From Candidatus Harpocratesius repetitus (GTDB lineage: Archaea; Asgardarchaeota; Lokiarchaeia; Sigyniarchaeales; Promethearchaeaceae): DNA of 20,000 bases. The stretch's first letter is position 1. Each line of letters begins with the position of its first letter. This document shows positions 8,956-18,083 of the stretch, in pieces. The stretch is from NCBI GenBank assembly GCA_021498095.1, contig JAIZWK010000001.1, positions 1,393,666 through 1,413,665 on the forward strand, read 5' to 3'. The notes beneath the pieces were generated by a model. The model was given only the letters and a program-made list of their open reading frames with translations, was not told where the DNA came from and made no database searches. Position numbers and translations under genes: made by a program.

Positions 8956-9531
8956 TTATTGATTTGTCTCCTGCATTTGCATATATTCTTTAAAAAGTCT
9001 ATTTGATTCTTCCAATAATAATTCTGAAATTAATGAAAATGATCTTTCGACATTTTTACCTGTTTTTGATGAAAGTTCGATATGTTGCACACATGAATGT
9101 TTCATTGCAATTTCTTGAGCATATTCTGGTGAAACCTTACGATATGATTCTAAATCGCATTTAGAACCAATTAAAAAAATAGGTATGTTTCCTGCATTTT
9201 TTCTTACAATTTCTAACCAGATTCCAATGCTTTCTAATGATTTTTCAGATGTAATATCGTAAAGAAAAAGTGCTGCATTTGATCCCTTGCTATATGTGGG
9301 CAGTAAAAAGCGAAATCTCTCTTCACCGCCAAAATCCCAAATTTGAAGCTTTACTTTTTTACCATTAACTAATCTGACTTTTTTGGAAAAGAAATCAACG
9401 CCAATAGTAAGTCGGGGTGAATCAATGAACACACCTGTTATATATCGATGAGTTAGACTAGTTTTGCCAACTGATGCATCACCTAACATGAGAAGTTTGT
9501 AAGTAAAGTCTGTGCTCAATATTGTCACCAT
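8956..9531 (-). CDS. Rab/Ras-like small GTPase
   Basis: G1 GDASVGKTS, G2 region with T before the conserved 'IGVDFFSKKV', G3 WDFGGEERFR, G4-like IGSKCDL and G5-like SSKTG. Confidence 0.95.
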   Translation of the reverse strand: MVTILSTDFTYKLLMLGDASVGKTSLTHRYITGVFIDSPRLTIGVDFFSKKVRLVNGKKVKLQIWDFGGEERFRFLLPTYSKGSNAALFLYDITSEKSLESIGIWLEIVRKNAGNIPIFLIGSKCDLESYRKVSPEYAQEIAMKHSCVQHIELSSKTGKNVERSFSLISELLLEESNRLFKEYMQMQETNQ

Positions 9532-9950
9532 ATAAAGATTATTTTTTTTCTAAGAATAGGAAATATCTGGCCGTTTTTGAACGGGATAATTGGAATATAA
9601 GAATTCGAATCCTACAAAATAATATGTGGCACCAACTAATAAAGATTTATTCGATAAAGATAAAGTTAGAGTGAAAGAAAAGTTATTATAATATACTTAA
9701 AATAGATATCAAAAAGAAGCAATAGAAACGAATTATTGTAGCCAAGAGTGAGATTTATTTTCATCGATAAAAAATTCATTCTCAAATAAACACTATAACC
9801 TCTTGGCTATTGTTATTAACTTAATTTCGATAATTAATATTTACTTTAATCAGAAAGAAAAGAAAGTATGAAAATCAATAAAAAATATTCAATCTATTGG
9901 AAAATACAAATAAAATAAGAAGAAATCAAAATTTGAAAAAATTAGGTTGT

Positions 9951-11546
9951 TTAGAATATAGTATCAAGCCTTTCATGGCGATTTTCTAAAAATGGGGGCT
10001 GAAATGAGATAGTTGAGAGTGGTTTTGATAGATAATTATTTTGTTCCTTATGAATGATATCAAGATGATTAATGTGATTAATTAATTTTGCTTCAGGAAA
10101 ATTTAATTGGGTTAAAAGTGGTTTTAAAATAAATTCAACATCTTTTTCAGAAAGATGCGCACGTAAATGGGCTTCTATCTGGGGGAGTGGTAAAGTGCAT
10201 TGTGGTTCAATGACTGCTAATGGCGTTAATTGATTGATGATTTCAATAAATTTCTTCTGATATTCTGATAAATTTAATTGAGAAGGACAAAACATTTCAA
10301 AGCGAACAGGTAAATCTGAAGAAGATAATCTAAGATATGAATATAGGACATGATATTTTATTTTTATGCTGAATAATAAAGAGATTAATTGAGTTTCATT
10401 TTTATTCGGTGCACAATTAAAATCTTGAGTAATTGTAGATAATGAAGGTGGATTTATTTTGAATTCTCTATTTTCTTGAATGATTACCGTACGGGAACCT
10501 GGATGCATAATTCGATATAACAGTTCATAATCTGAAAATGCCATTAATTCTTTTCTGAAATTAAACTGCATTAATGAAGGCCCAGATAAATTAACTCTTG
10601 TTGTATTTAGTTTTTTTAATAGGATCGGAAGACTTCGGATAATCAGATCTCGTAGTTGATTTGTTCGAGAATCTTTCACAGAACCAATTAAGGCAATATT
10701 ATTAGTGGCGCATAAATCATAGAGATGATGATAACTATATATAACATCAAGACATAATTGGGGAAACTTCTGTATTATTCCATAAAATCGACTACTAGGG
10801 GGAAGATGCACACTTCCATCAAGTATTATTATATTTGGGAAAGAATTTTCAGAATTTGGGATTAATGATGATTCATGTGCACATTTTTCAATATATTGTA
10901 TTATCATCGAGTTTTCAGCTAAAATTCTACGAAAATTAGCAACAGCGGAAAGATTTTGAGAACGATGAATACCAAAGTCAGAATAGAGTGTAAAATTTTC
11001 ATCCTTTTCAACTGCAGGAAAATAGGATATTTTAGGATGAGAAGGTTCCGTAAAATCATATTCTACGACAACTGCCTTAATTAGAGTCAGATCTAATCCT
11101 TGATATTCCCTGATTCCAAGACCTCCATCAACAGCTGCGATTTTTTTCCCTTTGAGAATTTTCATATCTGGAATTGCAGTATTGGGCAGAGGCTGAAAAA
11201 AAGTAGACTCCGTAAATGGATGAAAAGTTGATTTTCCATATTGAGTTAAGTCCAAAAAAGGGTGAAAGCAGAATTCACTACAGAAAACATCTAAAAATTT
11301 TCTTCTTTCTTCTAAATGTGTTCGTATTGCTTGAATTTGAGCTTGAAGATCTAATGAAAGTAGTTCTATTCGAGAGTGAAAAGATTTTTTTTTAAAATAT
11401 TGTAGCGGATAATTACTAAAATTTTCATTTTCTAAATTATTTTTCTTGTATGATTTGCTTTGAGAAGTTGAAACAGGAGAAAAATATGATTCTTCCCATT
11501 TAATAAAATTACGCGCCATTAAGCATTCAAACAAAGGAATTTCCAT
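9951..11546 (-). CDS. NurA-domain protein (putative 5'-3' nuclease)
   Basis: 531 aa with the NurA-like metal-site motif 'GKKIAAVDGGLGIREYQGLDLTLIKAVVV', a second motif 'NIIILDGSVHLPP', and a NurA-like C-terminus 'VRFEMFCP...'. Confidence 0.65.
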   Translation of the reverse strand: MEIPLFECLMARNFIKWEESYFSPVSTSQSKSYKKNNLENENFSNYPLQYFKKKSFHSRIELLSLDLQAQIQAIRTHLEERRKFLDVFCSEFCFHPFLDLTQYGKSTFHPFTESTFFQPLPNTAIPDMKILKGKKIAAVDGGLGIREYQGLDLTLIKAVVVEYDFTEPSHPKISYFPAVEKDENFTLYSDFGIHRSQNLSAVANFRRILAENSMIIQYIEKCAHESSLIPNSENSFPNIIILDGSVHLPPSSRFYGIIQKFPQLCLDVIYSYHHLYDLCATNNIALIGSVKDSRTNQLRDLIIRSLPILLKKLNTTRVNLSGPSLMQFNFRKELMAFSDYELLYRIMHPGSRTVIIQENREFKINPPSLSTITQDFNCAPNKNETQLISLLFSIKIKYHVLYSYLRLSSSDLPVRFEMFCPSQLNLSEYQKKFIEIINQLTPLAVIEPQCTLPLPQIEAHLRAHLSEKDVEFILKPLLTQLNFPEAKLINHINHLDIIHKEQNNYLSKPLSTISFQPPFLENRHERLDTIF

Positions 11547-11593
11547 TTGAAAATAAATAGTGCGAAGGTTTAGTTGTTTATTAAATACATTTG

Positions 11594-11842
11594 CTATAAA
11601 AGAATTGCAGATTCAATAACTTGAGCAAGACTTTGATTGTGGAATTCAACTAAATCTGGAAGATAGCTAATTACTGCTAAGGGAGTCTCAATAGGTATAG
11701 GAATAAGGAATAAGCTCTGTATTTTATCAACAATCACCAAGCCCATATGATTATCAAGTTTTTCTAAAACACCTTCATATAATTGAAAACTCAAAGACTC
11801 TTTCACTTCAAAGTGCATTATTATTAGGAATTTGTGTGACAA
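11594..11842 (-). CDS. Small hypothetical protein upstream of the NurA gene
   Basis: 82 aa, co-oriented with the NurA gene and 47 nt upstream of it. No family recognised. The start may be the internal MHFEVKESL methionine. Confidence 0.45.
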   Translation of the reverse strand: MSHKFLIIMHFEVKESLSFQLYEGVLEKLDNHMGLVIVDKIQSLFLIPIPIETPLAVISYLPDLVEFHNQSLAQVIESAILL

Positions 11843-12257
11843 TTTTCAATTTGAATATTGTCGGAAATCTTACCCTACTTTTTGCGATATTGTTCTTATA
11901 TGACATATTCCATAAGGATGCTTTTCACAACAGAAATAAGAAAAATAAAAAGGTGAAAAAAAGAAAGGGATTCTTTTTATTTCAATAATAGATAATTTTC
12001 CCCGAGGCAAGAATCCCCCAAGAACCTCCCCACAATATCTAAAGCTAAATATACATATACAACTCTTCAATATTTCATAACTTCTATTCTAAAATATCTG
12101 TTGTACCTACCTCGCTTCAGCGTTACATATTTGGAAAATTCGAATATTTAAAGATATTGGTTTCTCGTTCTTTAATCTCCTTATCAAAAAAAGAATTAAT
12201 TCTACAAATATGCCTTTTTATATGAGTATATCTAAATTACACATCAGAATAGCAAGT

Positions 12258-12875
12258 TTAGATTGTAATTTTCTTAGATAATACTTCAATCTCAATATGA
12301 CACCGAGAACAATAATGAACTTTTGAGTAATAATCTGTTTTACAACGAGGGCATTGGTAAACGGTAATGAATTGTATATGCTCTTGCTCTTTTTGATACT
12401 TCATTTGAAGAAATTTGACAGAAAATACAATTAATCCACCTATTACAAACTCCAAACAAATATGAAGTAGAGTGTAACTTAAAAAGTTTTCAAGGATCAA
12501 ATCATTTTGTAATTGTAGATTTTCAGTTATATTTCGCACCAAAATCCAATAAAAATATGGAAATAACGAATGTATTCCAAGAATTACAAAAAATGTACTT
12601 TTCACTAACTTAAATGTCATTATTCTTATCTCAAATAACCCTAAACTGATAAGAATTGCAATCGATAAAAAAATTGAAGCGCCTACCATTATCCAGTATT
12701 GATTTATACTTGAAGAATAACAGAAACTTGAGAAAAATCGAATCAATGCAATTGCAACAGGATCAATTTCAATTTGTGATAATTCTGTTGAATTTAAAGG
12801 TGCAAAGATATTAAAAATTAAGAGGAATAGAATTAACCCGCTTAAATAGGTTGCGATTGGTATAATTTTTTTCAT
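12258..12875 (-). CDS. Membrane protein (about four TM) with a C-terminal zinc ribbon
   Basis: Four hydrophobic segments followed by 'YQCPRCKTDYYSKVHYCSRCHIEIE', two CxxC knuckles. Confidence 0.7.
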   Translation of the reverse strand: MKKIIPIATYLSGLILFLLIFNIFAPLNSTELSQIEIDPVAIALIRFFSSFCYSSSINQYWIMVGASIFLSIAILISLGLFEIRIMTFKLVKSTFFVILGIHSLFPYFYWILVRNITENLQLQNDLILENFLSYTLLHICLEFVIGGLIVFSVKFLQMKYQKEQEHIQFITVYQCPRCKTDYYSKVHYCSRCHIEIEVLSKKITI

Positions 12876-12991
12876 GAAATCTTCGTCAATCTCATAATTT
12901 GAAGGAATTTTTTAATTTTTCCTTTTTTTTACCTAAAAACGAAAAATCAACGGATTCAAATAAGATCTGGCGTTAATTTACGCTAAGAATT

Positions 12992-13792
12992 ATGGTTATT
13001 ATTAAATCCAAATATTATTATATTAAACCATCAGATAGTAAAAATTGGTTGATTATTGGATCTCCATCGAATAAGGAGGTAGATGTAGAAATAAAGATAT
13101 TGGATTATCTTTTTCGCTGTGAACCCAAGGAAATTGAAGTGGATGGTATGCAGATAATGTGTTCTCGATTATGCTGTTATACAGGTTGTTATGTCTCGAT
13201 GGAAGAAATTAAGCGCGCTGAGGTCTTATTGCCGAAAATTTTTCCAGATCTTCAAGAAGATGCCAAAAATCTGCTTAATATAAACAATAATCAAATTTAT
13301 TTGCCTGATGATTATGATCGAGAAGAGAATCTCTATAAAATCAGATGTTCACCAAATGAATGGAATTTTAATGAAGACGATGATGAAGAGGAAGATGACG
13401 AATTTAGTCTGCCTCCACGTAATCATTGTATTTTTCTTATGAAGAATGGATTATGCGCGCTTCATAAATATTATATCAAATATAATCAAAATTGGATTAA
13501 AGAGAAATTCAATATCTGCACCACTTTTCCCTTAGATTTAAGACCGCAAGATGGAACTATGGGATTTATGAATGAATTTGATGATTTTGCATTTGGTGAA
13601 GTAGAATGCCTAAGCAAAAATCGCAATTTGAAAGAACACCTTGGTTATCCTCAGATTATTGATTCCATGAAAGATGTTATCGTAGATCGCTTTGGAATCT
13701 CATGGTGGAATGCCCTAAATCACTGCGCTAAAGATTTCCGTCTTGGCAAAATTGATATTGATTATATTTATTCTGATACAAATCTTGCATAA
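12992..13792 (+). CDS. Cysteine-cluster protein, YkgJ/DUF3109-like
   Basis: Conserved-looking Cys pattern: 'MQIMCSRLCCYTGCYVSMEEI', 'NHCIFLMKNGLCALHKYY', 'FNICTTFPLDLRP' and 'EVECLSKN'. Contains an acidic insert 'NEDDDEEEDDEF'. Confidence 0.55.
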   Translation: MVIIKSKYYYIKPSDSKNWLIIGSPSNKEVDVEIKILDYLFRCEPKEIEVDGMQIMCSRLCCYTGCYVSMEEIKRAEVLLPKIFPDLQEDAKNLLNINNNQIYLPDDYDREENLYKIRCSPNEWNFNEDDDEEEDDEFSLPPRNHCIFLMKNGLCALHKYYIKYNQNWIKEKFNICTTFPLDLRPQDGTMGFMNEFDDFAFGEVECLSKNRNLKEHLGYPQIIDSMKDVIVDRFGISWWNALNHCAKDFRLGKIDIDYIYSDTNLA

Positions 13793-13900
13793 ATATTAAA
13801 TGAAGTTGAGTTATTTTTTCTTTTTTTTGGCTTTTTGAGAAATTAGGAGAATACTACAAAAATGAACTAAAAAAGAATTAAAAAATTTTCGTCTTTAGTT

Positions 13901-14345
13901 TTATGAAATAAAAAGCTTTAGAATCGTACCATAAAGTAACAAAAATCCAAAAATAATCATAAAACCGATTACGATACTTAAGAATGATTGCCAATATTTC
14001 GCTTCTGTATATCCTACCATTCCAATCATTAAAGCAATATTGAAAAGTAACCAAAATATTAATGTCAACATTGAAAGATTTTCAGGAAGAAATAATCCAA
14101 TTAAATCACCAATAATTGACCAAATTATAACTGCTCCCCAGATTCTTAAAGTTCCAATAAAAGTAGGCTTCACTTTAAATAATCTGAATATTAATGCAAG
14201 AACTATTGCATATACAAAAGTCCCAATTAAAGAACTACCAAAACCTGCAAAAGATGCTGAAATTCCTGTTAATTCTAAACCTGAGATTCCGCTTGAACCT
14301 GGATTACCATTAAAAAAAGCAATTATTGATTCTATAAGAGCATAT
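13901..14345 (-). pseudogene. Yip1-like membrane protein, 5'-truncated by a transposase-derived segment
   Basis: Multi-TM sequence 'GSSLIGTFVYAIVLALIFRLFKVKPTFIGTLRIWGAVIIWSIIGDLIG...' resembles Yip1-domain proteins. The only upstream ATG of the track ORF (14410) lies antisense within the transposase remnant, so the annotated N-terminus (MNVYITKRCLNLPSHFVISILLY) is chimeric. Confidence 0.5.
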
Positions 14346-14347
14346 AA

Positions 14348-14587
14348 AAGAATCGATATTACAAAATGAGATGGCAAATTGAGACAGCGTTTCGTGATGT
14401 AAACATTCACAAAGGACTTTGGCGGTCAAATAGAGATGGAACTCGACTCTTTGGTGAAATGGGCAAATATTTATTGTTCAATTATTGGCAGATTGAAAGA
14501 GATCAAATCTTCTCTAATCACCAAATGGCGTTCCAAGAATATCGCAATTGGCTTATGGATGAATTTTCTCGGACTATTAACTTGTAA
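14348..14587 (+). mobile_element. Remnant of a DDE (IS4-like) transposase, C-terminus only
   Basis: The open frame reads KNRYYKMRWQIETAFRDVNIHKGLWRSNRDGTRLFGEMGKYLLFNYWQIERDQI. 'Y-x-x-RWxIExxFRD' is typical of the C-terminal DDE glutamate region. An in-frame stop at 14345-14347 and the missing N-terminal catalytic Asp residues indicate a fragment. Confidence 0.65.
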
Positions 14588-14781
14588 CGTGCTTAAAATA
14601 TACCAAAACCAGATGGTAGATGAGGAAAATGTAAAAAAAGTTATTTCATTGGGAACTCTCAATAATTGTTTTCTAATTATTTTTTTACAAGGAGAAACAA
14701 CAATATTTTTATTTTGTTTGAAATAACACAGAACAAAGGTTCCATAACTTGATATGTGGGACAATTGTGGGTTGAAATTTT

Positions 14782-16452
14782 ATGGCAATTAATAAACGCA
14801 TTTTAGACGAGTTAGAGAAAAATCTAACCATCGGGAAATTGATTGATATTGTGGCTGAATTGTATCCTAATGTAGAAGCTGCAATATTTGACGATGTACG
14901 CAAAACTTGGACTGAATTTCATGAAGATATTATGAAATTTGCTATTGGTTTGCATAAAATGGGATTAAAAAAAGGAGATAAGGCAGGAGTTTGGGCAAAA
15001 AATATATATGAATGGATGGTTGCCTGGTATGCTCTTCCTAAAATTGGAGTTACTTTAATTCCCATGGATTCTTGGTATCAGCCTTTTGAAGCAGAATACA
15101 TTCTCAAACATAGTGAAGCTGCTGGCTTGATATGTACATCTGATTATATTTCTATGATTGAAGGTTTTAAAGATAAAATACCCGATTTAAAATATATTGT
15201 TTTAATGGATAGTCCTGAAACGATTAATACTTCTATGGAAGAGGTGGTTACGATGAAATCGGTCATGGATGTTGAACTTTCTCCCGAAAATATCCAAGAA
15301 GTCCAAAACATTCAAGATTCGATTAACAAAGATGAAGTAACCTTTATTTTATATACTAGTGGAACGACAGGAAAACCCAAAGGTGCTCAATTAACTCATT
15401 ATAATATTCTTCGTAACACAGTTGATACTGCAAATGTAATGCGATGTGGTCCTGAAGATAAATATCTAATCCCTGTGCCATTCAGTCATTGTTTTGGAAA
15501 CACACTGGGGATTACAACCGCTACTCTTACTGGTTCTTCTATGATTCCTTTACTTGATCAAACACCATCTATTGCAATGACAAAAGTAATGAATGAGAAA
15601 GTAACTGTATCACACGGTACCCCTACTCATTTCATCCGTTACATTAGATATTTGCAGGCACATCCAGAAGTAGATGTTTCTCATCTTCGTACAGGAATTA
15701 TTGCAGGTGCTCCATGTCCACCAGACACATTAAGGGGAATTATGGATATTATGCATATGCAAGATATTGTTATCGGATATGGATTGACTGAAGCCAGTCC
15801 AATCATTACATTAACACAACCTGATGATCCATTTGAATATCGGGTAAATTCAGTGGGTAAAGCGATTCCAGATATCGATGTACGTATTGTTGATGATGAA
15901 AATAACGAAGTTCCTATTGGTGAATCAGGTGAACTTGTAGTTAAAGGATACAATGTAATGAAAGGGTACTATAAATCTGATTTCCAACCAATTGATGAGA
16001 AAGGGTACTTGCATACTGGAGATTTAGCCACAGTGGATGAAAATGGTTACTATAAAATTGTTGGACGTAAAAAGGATATGATCATTTATGGTGGCTTTAA
16101 TGTTTATCCCAAAGTCGTGGAAGATTTCTTAATACAACATGAAGATATTTTGGAAGTGGCGGTAGTTGGTGTTCCTGATGAAGAATATGGGGAATTGGTG
16201 GCTGCCATTATCCGAAAACCAGAAGAATCCACTTTAACTGAACAAGATGTTGTTGATTATTGTTACGGAACAATTAACAGCCCAAGTGTTCCTAGGTATG
16301 TCAGATTTGATATTGCATTGCCATTAAGTGGGCGTGGAAAAGTACAGAAATATAAACTGCGTGCCACACTTAAGAAAATGAAAGAAGAAGGAACATTGGG
16401 ACCAAAATTAGTTCCAACTGCTGTAAAAGAGAAAAAGAAGAAGAACCAATAA
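14782..16452 (+). CDS. AMP-dependent acyl-CoA synthetase/long-chain-fatty-acid-CoA ligase
   Basis: P-loop 'FILYTSGTTGKPKGAQLTH', 'GYGLTEASPI', 'GYYKSDFQPIDEKGYLHTGDLATVDENGYYKIVGRKKDMIIYGGFNVYP' and C-terminal 'PLPLSGRGKVQKYKLR'-like lysine motif (LPLSGRGKVQKYKLR). Confidence 0.95.
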   Translation: MAINKRILDELEKNLTIGKLIDIVAELYPNVEAAIFDDVRKTWTEFHEDIMKFAIGLHKMGLKKGDKAGVWAKNIYEWMVAWYALPKIGVTLIPMDSWYQPFEAEYILKHSEAAGLICTSDYISMIEGFKDKIPDLKYIVLMDSPETINTSMEEVVTMKSVMDVELSPENIQEVQNIQDSINKDEVTFILYTSGTTGKPKGAQLTHYNILRNTVDTANVMRCGPEDKYLIPVPFSHCFGNTLGITTATLTGSSMIPLLDQTPSIAMTKVMNEKVTVSHGTPTHFIRYIRYLQAHPEVDVSHLRTGIIAGAPCPPDTLRGIMDIMHMQDIVIGYGLTEASPIITLTQPDDPFEYRVNSVGKAIPDIDVRIVDDENNEVPIGESGELVVKGYNVMKGYYKSDFQPIDEKGYLHTGDLATVDENGYYKIVGRKKDMIIYGGFNVYPKVVEDFLIQHEDILEVAVVGVPDEEYGELVAAIIRKPEESTLTEQDVVDYCYGTINSPSVPRYVRFDIALPLSGRGKVQKYKLRATLKKMKEEGTLGPKLVPTAVKEKKKKNQ

Positions 16453-16591
16453 TGAATTTTTCTTTTCTATTAGTTTTTTTTGTTATTTTCCTGTTTATGC
16501 GATTATTTTTTCCTGATCAACTTTGATCAGTTTTTGATTACATATTCTGTTAAATCTTTATGGAAGCAACCACTACTATATTATCGAAATT

Positions 16592-16598
16592 GAGGTGA
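16592..16598 (+). promoter_or_regulatory. Shine-Dalgarno sequence for enolase
   Basis: GAGGTGA, 7 nt before the ATG at 16606. Confidence 0.7.
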
Positions 16599-16605
16599 GC
16601 TAATA

Positions 16606-17922
16606 ATGAATTTCGAAATTAAAAAAATTCACGCCCGATGGATTATTGATTCACGAGGTAATCCAACGGTTGAATGTGATATGTGGGCGGGCGACAATGT
16701 TTTTGTGCGCGCTGCAGTTCCTTCAGGGGCATCTACTGGTGAGGCAGAAGCTGTTGAATTACGCGACAACGATCCCTCTAAATTCGGCGGCAAAGGTGTG
16801 TTAAAAGCAGTCGAAAATATAAATTCAAAAATAAGCAAAATTGTGATTGGAATGGATTGTTCCAATCAAAAAGCCATCGATCAAGCAATGATCAATGCTG
16901 ATGGTACACCAAATAAAGGAAACTTTGGAGCAAATGCAATTTTAGCAGTATCCATGTGTGCTATGAAAGCAGCAGCTAAGATTCAAAATAAACCGCTTTA
17001 CCAGTATGTTTATGAATTAGCTCATGAAGGTAGAACTGCTGAAAGATATCTTATGCCAATTCCATCTTCAAACGTACTTAACGGAGGGAAACATGCAGGT
17101 GGAGATTTAGCACCTCAAGAATTTATGATTCAAGCTATTGGTGCGCCTAATTTCCGTGAAGCAATACGAATGACTGCGGAAGTCTATCATACAATGAAGA
17201 AAGTAATTAAAGAACAATACGGTGCAACTTCTGTAAATGTTGGTGATGAAGGTGGTTTTGCACCTGCATTAACCACTACTCGTGAGGCATTAGATATCAT
17301 TATGGAATCAATAAAGAAGGCAGGTTATAATCCTGGTAGCGATATTGTTTTAGCAATGGATCCAGCCGCTTCAGAATTCTTTGATAAAGAAAAACAAGTC
17401 TACTATATTGATGGTAAAACCCTTAAACCCAGTGAATTAGTCGATTATTGGGTAAAAATTATTGATGAATATCCAATTAAATCAATGGAAGATCCATTTG
17501 ATGAAGAAGGATGGACTGAATTTGCTGCACTTAAAGCAAAGATTGGAGATAGATGTCAAATTATTGGTGATGATTTAACAGTAACAAATGTACAGCGATT
17601 ACAAAAAGCTATTGATATGAATGCGATATCTTCACTTCTTCTTAAAATTAATCAAATAGGAACAATAACAGAAGCAATTGATGCAGCCAAGTTAACCTTT
17701 AAGAATGGCTATACTGTCATGGTATCTCATAGATCGGGTGAAACTTGTGATAATACAATAGCAGATATTGTGGTTGGTCTGTGCACAGGCCAAATTAAAT
17801 CAGGTGCACCATGTCGTGCAGATCGACTTTCTAAATACAATCAATTAATCCGTATTGAAGAAGAATTGGGTGAAAAAGCCTTTTATCCTAAAGAATATGC
17901 AGAATTTAAAGAATTTCAATAA
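16606..17922 (+). CDS. eno: Enolase (phosphopyruvate hydratase)
   Basis: 438 aa. 'IHARWIIDSRGNPTVECDM', 'AVPSGASTGEAEAVELRD', 'SSNVLNGGKHAGGDLAPQEFMI', 'GDEGGFAP', 'SMEDPFDEEGW', 'GDDLTVTN', 'LLLKINQIGTITEAI' and 'VMVSHRSGETCDNTIADI'. Confidence 0.99.
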   Translation: MNFEIKKIHARWIIDSRGNPTVECDMWAGDNVFVRAAVPSGASTGEAEAVELRDNDPSKFGGKGVLKAVENINSKISKIVIGMDCSNQKAIDQAMINADGTPNKGNFGANAILAVSMCAMKAAAKIQNKPLYQYVYELAHEGRTAERYLMPIPSSNVLNGGKHAGGDLAPQEFMIQAIGAPNFREAIRMTAEVYHTMKKVIKEQYGATSVNVGDEGGFAPALTTTREALDIIMESIKKAGYNPGSDIVLAMDPAASEFFDKEKQVYYIDGKTLKPSELVDYWVKIIDEYPIKSMEDPFDEEGWTEFAALKAKIGDRCQIIGDDLTVTNVQRLQKAIDMNAISSLLLKINQIGTITEAIDAAKLTFKNGYTVMVSHRSGETCDNTIADIVVGLCTGQIKSGAPCRADRLSKYNQLIRIEEELGEKAFYPKEYAEFKEFQ

Positions 17923-18083
17923 ATTATAAATTAGATTTCATCCTTATAAAATTTTTAAGATGAAATTTTTTATTGTTTCCTTTTTTATTTCATTCAAATT
18001 CATTCATTTTCTTTATTACGCCAATAATTCCATTAGAAATATTTTTATCTCTAAAAAATCAACAACATAGCAATCTTTGAGGA

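Noticed and set aside
9951-11842. Defence island centred on the NurA protein
   Set aside because: No HerA-like ATPase, toxin, restriction or other effector gene is adjacent. A single nuclease-like gene does not support a defence claim.
11870-12070. 66-aa ORF (MKSCICIFSFRYCGEVLGG...)
   Set aside because: No plausible family and unusual composition. The underlying DNA is more likely non-coding.
14040-14369. 109-aa ORF on the plus strand
   Set aside because: Antisense to the Yip1-like hydrophobic ORF. Composition typical of a shadow frame.
14436-14903. ORFs 14436-14726 (+), 14471-14764 (-) and 14709-14903 (-)
   Set aside because: Overlap the transposase remnant in alternative frames or the acyl-CoA synthetase antisense. 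No domain signal.
15681-15953. 90-aa antisense ORF within the acyl-CoA synthetase
   Set aside because: Shadow ORF inside a very strongly supported gene.
16629-16865. 78-aa antisense ORF within enolase
   Set aside because: Shadow ORF inside eno.
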